Shown in pieces: positions 53,433 to 64,000 of a stretch of 64,000 nucleotides of DNA. The first letter of the stretch is position 1, and each line of letters opens with the position of its first letter. The notes under the pieces were generated by a model. That model had not been told where the DNA came from and did not search any database. It worked only from the letters and a program-made list of their open reading frames with translations. The translations under genes were made by a program, and so were the position numbers. The stretch comes from Ptychomitrium polyphyllum (lineage: Eukaryota), in assembly GCA_973851085.1 (NCBI GenBank), contig OZ316775.1, positions 124,001 to 188,000 of the forward strand, read 5' to 3'.

Positions 53433-54763
53433 CATGATAACCATCATAAGTGGTACTCCTTGCATCTGCTTTCAACTGTATGAGTTGGAAAGACATCTCC
53501 GTTAAGATTCTTTAAGTGCACATAGTTGTACAAGGGTACCTCCTTCACTATATATGGACCTAACTATAGGCATTAATTTCCGAGGAAATTCTAAATGTCA
53601 AGAGTCTTGTAGCAAAACTAACATTCTAAGGCGGAGCCTTTGAATTTTGTTCTTCCTATCAAACACCACCTTTCTACGTTGTTGGATTGCTTCCATGTAC
53701 TAAGCGCTTTGCCATCTCGCCTCATCTAATCCTTCCAAACGTTCCAAACAACCCACCAAAGATTGGCTACTTAATAAGCGTTTTGTGACCGCGATGCAAA
53801 GAAAAAGAACTTCAAATTCTATAGGTAGAATAACTTTGATGCCATAAACTAGAGAAAAGGAAATATCTTGAATGGTGACTTTGAATGTGGTTCTATAGAC
53901 CCATAATGCAGTTAGAAGCTTCACTTCTCAATCTCCCTTAGAATCTACCATTGTCTTCCTGAAAATATTTACCAATGTACGATTGATTCTTTCTGTATGG
54001 CTATTGGTCTGGGGTGGTAAGGAGTAGTCTTTGTATGATTGATTCTAAATTTGGAGGCCATTTTCTTAATCACTTTGTTCAAAAAGTGTCTACCTATAAC
54101 ACTAATGAAGATGCACGGACAACCAAATCTGGTGATGACTTGTTCAAAGAGGAAGTTGGCCGCACTCTTGGCATTATTGGTTTTGATTGCCTTGGCTTTT
54201 GTCCACTTAATAAGATACTTTGTAGCATCACAATAGATATGGAATGGTAGGTCCCATTCAAGAGGTCTCACTACGGGATAAGTTGCTAATTACTTCTAAA
54301 GGATGTCAAATGCCATCGACATTCAAAGGTCCACTCAAACTTTCTTAGTAAGATTGGTAAGAAAGATGGAGGTGGTAGCATAATCTACAATGATGTCTCT
54401 ATACTAGCCTATATGGCATAGGGCTCTCTCTATGCCTTTGGCATCGGTTGGTGGAGCCAATTTGGTGATCAACTCTACTTTTTTAGGGTCTAGCTCTAGC
54501 CCTTTGCTGATGCTATATATCCGAAAAGAGCAACTCAATTCACTGCTAGGTATAACTCCTCAAGATTTAGGGCAATTCTTGCCCGCTTGCTACGCATAAA
54601 ACTTTGACTACGCCCGAGTGTTCACTTATAGATGTCTAGGTCCTAAAGTTGTCAATAATGCCGCTATGTTTTGAGTAATAGGTCTAAAATAGCATGAATC
54701 ATGGCTCATTAAAAAACAACCGGAGTATTATAGAGCCCAAAGGGCATTACTATGTAGATGAAG
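53433..54763 (-). mobile_element. Degenerate non-chromovirus Ty3/gypsy pol (RT, connection, integrase core) with internal deletion
   Basis: Minus-strand motifs YIVMPFGLYNTP, LELDPKKVE and RPLEWDLPFHIYCDA fused to TKYLIKWTKAKA..TNNAKSAANFLFEQVITRFGCP, TTPYHPR and LWVYRTTFKVT...SLVYG..VILPIEFE (ORFs 53969-54271 and 53700-53924). Confidence 0.85.
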
Positions 54764-55318
54764 TATTACTAGGCTACCAAGTGTTATACCTGATGCTATC
54801 GGACTTTTTCTATTGATCTTCACCTATCTATACTACCAAACATCCTTGAACAGTTATTACCAAATGATAATAGTAATTTTTTAGTTTAGACAAATAAACG
54901 TAGATCTATGTTTTTAGGATCTTGAATCTAGTATTTAAACCCTAAACTAAGAGAGTTGAAGATGTATTGTATTTTGTTTTTTCTATGAAACAAGTTATAC
55001 ACTCCATTCTTTGATTCTTTCATTAGCTTCATTTTAAAGTAAATAATTATGATGTATGTTTTTCCATTCTAGCAAGTTCTATAGTATTTTATAGTTTGAT
55101 TCTTAATATTATTATATCTCTTTCATTTGGTAGTATCAACTATAAATTTGTATAGATTTCTTTTCCTAGATTAAGACTCTTTAGCAAAGAAGTACCAAAT
55201 TTCAGAGTACTTGGTAGTTACCAATGATAATATTGGTATAACGGGCCATTCCTCAATAAGGATTTCCTTGTAAGGAACTACTAAGTCTTTGATTACTTGG
55301 TAGTTACGGACTATAACA
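54764..55318 (+). repeat. LTR (family B), 5' LTR followed by a PBS-like site and leader (to ~55870)
   Basis: T(A)TTACTAGGCTACC...ATAACA, followed by TTGGCAACCATG. Homologous to 58243-58806. The leader is homologous to 58807-59330. Confidence 0.75.
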
Positions 55319-56558
55319 TTGGCAACCATGAAGTGTTTTAAATAGCTTTCTTGTGCTGCACACCGTTCCTACAATTCTATTCTATGACTCTCTTTTAAAT
55401 CATTCTTTCAAAAAATATTTCTATGTTTTGAATACCAATACCACATATTACTCCACCAACTTTTTGCGTACTCTAGTCTTAATTTTTATAGTCTAATCTT
55501 CCAATTATATGAGCCGCCCTTACATCCACTCACAATACCTCTACTTCCTTTAGAAATTACTTCTGTGCAATGTATCGATTTACACCTAGCACGTGCTTTT
55601 CATTTTCTAGACCTTTTGTTTCCTACTCTTACCAATTCTTCCTTCCATTACTCATTGCAGATGGATCTTCTACAATATATTTAGTATCCTAGAATAGCTA
55701 AAAACATTCTCCATTTCCATTCCTTTCTATGGCCTCACAGGTAGTCAATATTCTATACATGTTCCACGCGATCTTTGGAATAACTTCATTCCTCTAAGGA
55801 CGCATCTGCATCATCCCAAATTCCACTCAATTGGTGGACTTATCAAGATGACGGTTTTGTCTTAAACGCCATGTTTGAGCACTATCCATAGTTCCATTGA
55901 ATTATTATAATCACTTTGATTAGTTTTCTTATTCATACTAACTTATCAAATGATAAACAGAATGGTATTTTTCAATCTAATTTAGGCATATAGGTTTTAG
56001 TACTATGAATTGATTGAAGATTCTCCAATAATAATATTGGATTAGTATAATATCTTTATTAAATTGAATTAATAGTAAAATTTTCCTCAGGTCAATTTAT
56101 TTCTTGTTCTTAATTTGAAGTTCTCACATGAATTTTGTAATTGAATCATTGTATTTAAATGCATGAAAAGTTAAAAAGTTATTATGAATTTACTTCAGAA
56201 TAATATTAGTAATCCAATCTAACTAAGAAAGTAGTTCCTAAACATTTCTTGAAATGTTTTGGAAAAAAGAAAATCAATTAAGTTAGTAAATTAATTAGTA
56301 TTTATGCTTTTGAAGTTGAATTTGGATGTGTAAGGAGCTAATTTTAGAATAAAAATGTATTTTATACACATTGGAAGTATTAAATTTGCAAAAAACTCAT
56401 TAATTTTTGAGTTATTAGCTAGATCAGCCCTAAAATCAAATCACAATTTAGAATTAGTTTTGAACCTTAGATCTTGATTAGGGTTTTTAAAATTCAAGGG
56501 TGGAAATGTGGCTGCCACCTCTAGGCCGCCTTGGACTAGGATAAAGGCCTTGGGCGTC

Positions 56559-57124
56559 TATTAAGGTCTTTAATAATGAAGGTTAGTAACTACCAAGTTA
56601 TCAAATAACTTAATAGTTTCTAAGTAGAAATCCTTATCTAACAAAAATTAGCTACACCAATATTGTGATTGGTAAATATTAAGTATTCTAAGGCTCAATA
56701 ATTCCTTATTGGAGCATATAGATAAAGGAAAAGCACTGTAAATGAGTTTATAATCTATACTATCCAATGGAAGAGGCATAGTAGTATTAAAGAGTAACTA
56801 TAAAATATTATAGAACTTACTAGAATGGATAAACATGCATATAAACATATACTCAAAAATAAAATTAATAAGGAAAAGGAATGGAGTGTATAACTTGTTT
56901 CATAGAAAAAATAAAATGGAACACACCCTCAATTCTCTTGGTTGAAAGTTTAAATACTAGATTTAAGATCCTATAAAAGTGGATCTATATTTGTTTGTTT
57001 AAACTTATAGACTACTACTATCATCTGATAGTTACCGTTGAAGGATGTCCGGTAGTATCAATAGATAAAAATTGGTAGAAAAAGTCTGATAGTATTGGGT
57101 GTAATATCCAATAGTCTGGTAACA
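56559..57124 (-). repeat. LTR (family B), inverted 3' LTR preceded by a polypurine tract
   Basis: The minus strand starts TGTTACCAGA at 57124 and is preceded by the PPT-like AAGAGGGAGATAA (57125-57137). Homologous to 58243-58806. Confidence 0.75.
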
Positions 57125-58242
57125 TTATCTCCCTCTTAGACTAAGTTTGCACCTGAAAACACAAAAACTGATCTACTCGGACATCTCTTGAAGTTAAAGG
57201 CGGCGAGATCTTTGGCATGTTGAAGGCGGAGCAAAATAGGAAAAGAAAGTAGATGTAGTTGCATTGAAGAAAAAATAGGAAGAAGTTGGCATTGGATAGA
57301 TGGAGTAGATAGATAGGTAGTAGGAGGAATAGAAGATGGGGGATTAGAGAGATTGGTGTCAAGCAGTAGGAAACAAGAAGTGGTAGGTAATGGAAAAGTC
57401 TAAGTAATCTTAGGCGACGGTTGATTAGTGGCTAAATTTAGACTATCAAAATATTCATCATCCAAGTCATGTATACCAGGAGAGACAAAAAAATCTATTA
57501 CCAAATAATTGTCTTTTCACCCTGGAAAGTTGTGCTGGTAATGGTGAATAATGGCGTCTTATTTGTAGATTGCAGTGTAGGCATCCTGGAAGTGCTAGCG
57601 TTTCTTTGTGAGTCGTTTGCTTGCCTTCTTGTATTGGTATTCCGTCTGGCAATAGACGACCTTGTCAGTCTTCGCCTGTTGTTGGTATTATGCGCACTCG
57701 GTAGTGAATTGTTTGACCTGCTATTGAAGTCCGGTATCAGGATGAGAGTGCTGACAAAGATTGGTTAGGTCCTTGTGTATAAGGTCAAGATTTAAAGTGA
57801 GCTTGGTAATGAGCTACTGCTATGTGTGAATCAGTCGCTAGTTGTACTCTTACTCCAATGTCAAGTAGTAAACCTAAGTTTCTTGGCTGTGCAATGTTTT
57901 TTTGGAGGTTTCATAATCCCGTAACAGTAATTGGAGCTGCTTGGTCAGCTAATCGCGTGCATTAATGATGAGTTTGGCTTGTAAGGCTAATTGCTCAAAA
58001 TCGGCGTGAGCTTTTATTAGTAGTGGTAGGGTCTCTAACTTATGTTATATAGCAATTTGAAGGTTCTGTAAATTATGGTCTATGGAGGGGATGTTGTGGG
58101 TATAGTTGGTAGACTGGGGTGTAGTAGTGGGAGGAGGGTTGGAGGCTAAATCATCAGTAGGGGGTTTGGAAAAAAAAGGAGGATTAACAGAGGTAGTGGG
58201 TGGAGTAGGTGTAGTTGAATAGGTAGAAGCTAGGGGTGTGGG

Positions 58243-61200
58243 TGTTACCAGGCTACCTGGTGATATACCTAGTACTACCGAACTTTCTCTATTGATCTCC
58301 CCCTATCAATGTTATTGGACATCCTTCAACAATAACAATCGGATAATAAGAAGTAATTTGTTTAAATAAATAAATGTAGATTTACTTTTGTAGAATCTTA
58401 GATCTACTATTTAAACCCTGAATAAAGAGAGTTGAAGATGTGTTGTATTTTGTTTTCTTCCAATAAAATAAATTGTACACTCCATTCCTTTTCCTTATCA
58501 ATTTTGTTTTTGAGTGTGTGTTTATATGTAAGCTTGTCTATCCTAGAAAGTTCTATAGTAGTTTATAGATACTCTTTAATATTATTATATCTTTTCCATT
58601 TGGTAGTATAAACTATAAATTCATATATAGTGATCTTCTATGATCTATATGCTCTAATAAGGAATTACTTAGTCTTAGAATACTTAGTAGCTACCGATTC
58701 CATTATTGGTCTAGCTGACTTTCATTAAACAAAGACATGTATTGCAAAACTATTAAGTAATTGATCCTTTGGTAGTTACTAATCTTAAACGTTACCTACC
58801 TTAACATCTGGCGACCATGTAGTGTTTCAAATGAATTTCTCTGCTTCTGCATCATTCCTCTTATCCTAATAATTTTCTCTTCTATTCACCACAATATTTT
58901 CATCTCAAATTATTCCCTGCACTATACGCTTCCAATTCTATGAGGTGACCACACACCCGTGCACAAGGACTCCCACCTCCTATAGAACTTAATTCCTTCC
59001 AACGTACCAATTTTCACCTAGCACGTACTTTTTATTCCCTTGATCTTCCATTTCCTACCCTTTTTGATTCTTCCTTCTTTCAAAGTATACAGATGGATTC
59101 ATTACTCCATACCCAACTTCCTTGAACAACTGAAAATATTCTGCATCACCATTCTCCTCCACGTCCTCACTCTACTCACCTACCAAATCTAACTGGTAAT
59201 CAGTATTCTACACACATCCTACGCAATGTTTGGAATGACCTATCATTCCTACAAGAACAAGTCCGTCAACTTAACGCCTCATCACAAACACTGCTCAATT
59301 GATGGACACGAGAAGATGACGGTTTTGTCTTAGTACAAATACCACCTTCTCCAATCATACTACTACTACTAACTATATCATCCTCTTGGCAGGAATTTAC
59401 GGTTAATCAAACTCTTCACACTTTTCCTATATCACATCCAGACGATACTTTTGATAGTCCTCCAACCAATCCCTTCTCTACTATCGCTAATCCGCCATCC
59501 TCAAACCACAACTTCAATGTCTTCCACTTTTGAGGACTATCAAATAAGGACACGGTTTTTCCACACCATCTTTCCTCTTGTTGTTATTCCACTTCTATCC
59601 TTAATCAACCTGATATCACTTGATCCAAACACCACCTGATAGTTCCACCTTCATCTACAATACTACCTATAGTCCACCCTTCTATTTGAAAAGCCCTATT
59701 TTATTCAACCTATCAAACTAGAAAATGTTCTGAACATCATTGCTGAAAGTTCTTATCACTACTTACTTTAAATGGTAAAACTAGTATTCTGATTCAACTT
59801 GGACTGTTCAATAGCACCCTCACGGACAAAGAATCTACCTGGTTTACTTTCCATCAAATCTAATTTCCTCATGAGATCCAAGATTACTTCCTCTTTTCTT
59901 TCAAAAAATGCTATTGGTTAATCAAAACTAATGATTAAACCTATATTCACTTTTGCACTATTTGCCAAAAATCCTCCAAATTGGTAGAAGACTTTGTTGA
60001 ACGGTTATTAGAACTGGCCACAAATCTAACTAATTCACTTGATGAAAAATTCATGCTAAGCACCTTCCGCGTGGGACTTTGAGAGTACATTCAAATTGCC
60101 ACGGTTGGATTTTTGAGGCACACATTTATCAAAGTCGTTTCGTCCACTCAACTCAAAGAAAAAAGATTTCCTAAACCTTACCTACAGCTCCCCCGTCTGT
60201 CCAACCAATCCTACCTTTACACTCAACCCAATATTGATTGCAATTGCTTAACCTACACTAGGGACTCATGTTACAAGAATCCTGAAAGTAACTATGCAAA
60301 ACAACGCCAACCACCTACCAGCGTTCATCAAATCGAGTCGCTCCCAAGTCCTGTCACTACTAATACTTCGTCAACCATTGAGACCAACCTAACGCTTTCC
60401 CTGTCATGTATGCGGCTCTATGGACCATTTTGGTCATTGATGCCCTCTTCACCAAGATGCTAAAGTCAAATGCCTCATATACAAGTAGAAATAGGAACTC
60501 AACAAAACCCAATCACCTCCAGATGTCAATACAATTGGATTTTGTCATGTTAGCTCGGTAACTCGCAATCACACAGTCCCTTCAAACATTCCACTACCAA
60601 GACCATTGGCAAATCTTGATTGGCAGACTACAAAGGAAATCCGCAACTATATGATTCGCACTGTTCAGGAGCTTCAAAATGATCCTACATCCACCACCAA
60701 ACATCTCCAACTTATAAGCCTAGCACTCTCCGCTGTACAACGGATATGTACACAACTCCAAATGCACACCATTTCAATTTCATTACAAGAGCTTATTCAC
60801 TTATCTCCATGACTAACCATCCATTTCTGGAAGCATTTATATCCGGTAACCCTACCCATACCTGCCCTTTCAATATCTATAGCCGCAATTTTAGCAGGAG
60901 ATTGCCACATGCCAATAATATTGCTTTCAGTCAACAAACAGATGGTCACTGATGTTCTCATTGATGGAGAACCTGGAGTCAACGTTATCACCAAGCGCGA
61001 ACGCCTTTGCTTGGCTTTTCCAGCTCCCTCTTCAATCCCGTATAAGCTATATATGGCAAACGGTTCACTTGTCCAATATACCAGTATTTTGCAAAATATC
61101 AAAATTCACATTCATGATACACCATGTATTATCATCCTTACCGTCATCACCTATAAAGATATTCAATCCACCTAATCTGTTCTTCTTGATAGACCATGGT

Positions 61201-61820
61201 TAAAAAATGCTTAGGTTATCCATGATTGGGCAAATAATGAAATTAGGATTATGGGTGATGGAATGGTCAAAACCACTCGAATTCTGCAAAACTTTCGTCT
61301 TAAAGCAACTACACACGATGTTTTAGTATCCTATGACTTTGTCCAAGGCATTATCAATGAAAAAGAGGATATATTACTGGCATCCAAAGAATACCTTCAT
61401 CCAATCAGTACCCTTATCTTTTCCAACCTACATAATCCCTCTCCATTAGACAATCCATCTATGGTCATTCCTCATAGCCCAAGTTCCATACCAATTGATG
61501 CTACATCAATCAAAGACATCCTAGATCGTCACAAGGTTGCCAAATGGAACACTACCAAAGAATCCCTATTTTGCCTTTTTAAACCTTGGTACTTCCAAGA
61601 ACATATCTACCATCAAGATTACTACTGATATCCTAGACCAACTAGCGGCTTAGGCGGAAGACTTATTTCGCAAATTTAAGGACATCTTTGCATGGATTTA
61701 TATAGATTTTAAAGGAATACCAGCTTATATTGCACAACATTGTATTGACCTTGATACTACCATTACTTACTTGCACCAAGCTCAACACCGCATGAATCCT
61801 AGCTATGCTAAGGTAATCAA
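58243..61820 (+). mobile_element. Truncated non-chromovirus Ty3/gypsy element: 5' LTR (58243-58806), PBS, degenerate gag, protease and start of RT
   Basis: LTR TGTTACCAGG...TTAACA, then TGGCGACCATG (PBS-like). Gag zinc-knuckle remnant near 60400-60445. Protease DVLIDGEPGVNVI..LYMANGS (ORF 60909-61175), then PWLKNA*VIHDW. RT N-terminus FKDIFAW.Y.DFKGIP..IAQHCIDLD...QAQHRMNP. Confidence 0.85.
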
Positions 61821-62019
61821 AAAATTTCTCTATTTATTAGACTTAACTATTATAGGCCACGAGGATCTGCCCAAATTATACTAAGATCTTCTTATATATC
61901 AATTACACCCTTCATTTGGCCCTTTAGCACTAATTAGGCCTAATTCTATTCATAAATAATACTTTTAAACAAATTTTAAGAGAAAAAATTATAATGTACT
62001 AATTTCATAGCTTACACTC

Positions 62020-63145
62020 TGGTTGGTCATGCAACACTTGCGTAAGGCCAAGGTACCAAGACACCAGCCTCATAGTCTCCTACATTTGCTTCAAGTGCCA
62101 AAGTATCCATAGTTGTCATTAGCAACGGATTTTGTTATGGACCTTCTAAACTCCGATTCTAAAGATTCTATTTTGGTAGTGGTAGATTAATTTATCAAGA
62201 TGGCACATTTCATTCCATACAAAAAGACAATAACGGAAGAAAAATTTGCCAAGTTGTTTTCAAATCACGTCTACCGCATACATAAACTACCAAATGATAT
62301 TGCATCCAATGAAGGGCCATAGTCCATTTCCAACTTTTGGAAGTCTCTATTCCAGCTATTGCGCACAAAGATCAACTTTTCTTCAACACACCATCCACAA
62401 ATTGATGGTCACACCGAACGTGTGAATCAAACTACCAACAAGACAACTAAATAGACCTCTTACCTTTGGCAGAGTTTGTTTATAATAATACAATGCATTC
62501 TTCAACAACTCAAAGCTCAACTCAATGCAAACTATGGCCATCATCTAAGAGTAGATCCATTTCAAGTGAAGCATGTTGGAAGTCCTATAGTAGAAGATAT
62601 TGCAACTCAACTTGCTAAAATCCACCAAGAATTTGCTTTTTGAGTACAACAAGCTTAAGATTGGTACAAAACTTATACAGATCATCAGTGGAAGGACTAT
62701 CTAAAGTTCAAAGTTGGAGATAACATATGGCTCCTATGACAAAACATACAAATAAAAAGACCGTAAAAGAAGGTGGATTATCAAAGGCTGGAACTATTCA
62801 AAATCAACAAACAGATAAATCCGGTCAGTTATCGCCTCAAACTACCACCAATCATGCAAAGTCATCTAGTGTTCCACGCATCATTGTTGGAAACCTATAA
62901 TAAGTCAAGTATACTAGAGAGGATTGTCTCTCTGCCTCCTCCGGTGGAAATCAATAACAAAATGGAGTATGAAATTGAAGAGATCTTGAATTCACGCATC
63001 AAAAATGAACATGTGGAGTACCTTATACATTGGCAAGGATATGACATCAAAAACTAAACATGGGAACCTTTGATGAACATAACAATTACATCTGACAAGG
63101 TACACAAATTTTATCAAAGTTATCCTCAAAAACTAGGTCACTGAT
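62020..63145 (+). mobile_element. Chromovirus integrase core plus chromodomain (degenerate)
   Basis: Motifs KAKVPRHQPH, ATDFVMDL, LVVVD*FIKMAHFIP, SSTHHPQIDGHTERVNQ, LPLAEFVYNNTMHSS, FKVGDNIWL, YRLKLPP..HLVFHASLL and EYEIEEILNSR..EYLIHWQGY (ORF 62773-63057). Confidence 0.92.
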
Positions 63146-64000
63146 GACGTATTAGCAATAGCCGTTAGCTTTACAAAGAAGATTTTTCTATAGACAAGTA
63201 TAAGAAAAGAGGAGAGATTTCCAAACCTCCAATTGTATACAGCATTAATTTCAAGCTAGATCATCTTTAAATCTTAGCTAGTATGTAAAATCTTTGTGTT
63301 ATCATGGATATGCGTAAAGAGTAGCCGGCCAAACCTTCTTCAACAGCAACATTATTGAACCAACTCAACTCCTCAACCTTTAGCACTGGAGGATTGAAGC
63401 CAAGATATGAGAGAAACATTTGAATGTCAAGTGCAACCTTGTGTAGAAGTATATGCTAGTCGCCCTTCACATTCTAGTGTTGATGTTGATGCTTGAGTTC
63501 TAATCATTCTGTTAGAAGTTGGAAAAGTCACTCTTGGAAGAGTCGAAATCTTGTTTGGAGGATGTTTTGAAGGATTTAATCAAAATCAAATCTTAGGCTG
63601 GGGCATTTTAACAACAAAAGTCTTAGCTAGGGATCATTGGCATTTCTTATAAAGACCAGCTGAATTGGTGGGCAAAGAACAACGAGCAGAATATGTTGCT
63701 TCTCTTCTTCAGCAAATTTTGAAATTTGTGGAGATATGAGAAGCAAGCCACAAGAAGAGCTCCTCATGGAATTCATCGCTAGAGAAGGAAGTGATATTAC
63801 GGACATAGATCATGCAATATAATCTTTAAATCCTTCTAGAACCTTCTAGTATATATATAATAACTTCTTGGAATATTTTTAATGTTGCCATAGCCATTTC
63901 TATATCTTTAGGAAATTTTGTGGGAAAGTTCCACCACCTCAAGTAACTTCCTTGGAAAGTTCCATCACCTTAGAAAATTTTCATGAAGGTTTTATCACTA

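Noticed and set aside
63883..64000. Short repeats (ggaaagttcca.cacct) at the window end as the start of a 3' LTR
   Set aside because: Plausible, but the sequence is truncated by the window edge and no clear PPT or partner LTR is visible.

Overview
Eukaryotic land-plant nuclear DNA. It is most likely a moss such as Physcomitrium patens, inferred from GC-rich intron-containing genes set in very AT-rich, decayed Ty3/gypsy sequence. The dominant structure is a pair of ~10.7 kb near-identical inverted arms (17426-28117 and 40846-51537; mirror coordinates always sum to 68963). Each arm carries a complete 21-coding-exon SAPS/PP6R (SIT4 phosphatase-associated) gene, and the two genes converge tail-to-tail across a 12.7 kb spacer. 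The spacer holds a plant eIF4B gene and two phase-compatible exons of a decayed, unidentified gene. A two-exon TMEM45/DUF716 gene lies at 7914-9475 (-). The flanks are nested LTR-retrotransposon relics: chromovirus-type pol fragments, a solo LTR with an intact 5-bp TSD, and at least three LTR families. There is also a hAT transposase relic and a decayed ~72-codon repeat region. No prokaryotic systems, rRNA/tRNA genes or CRISPR arrays were seen. All gene models were built by eye from splice sites and reading-frame continuity, without database searches.
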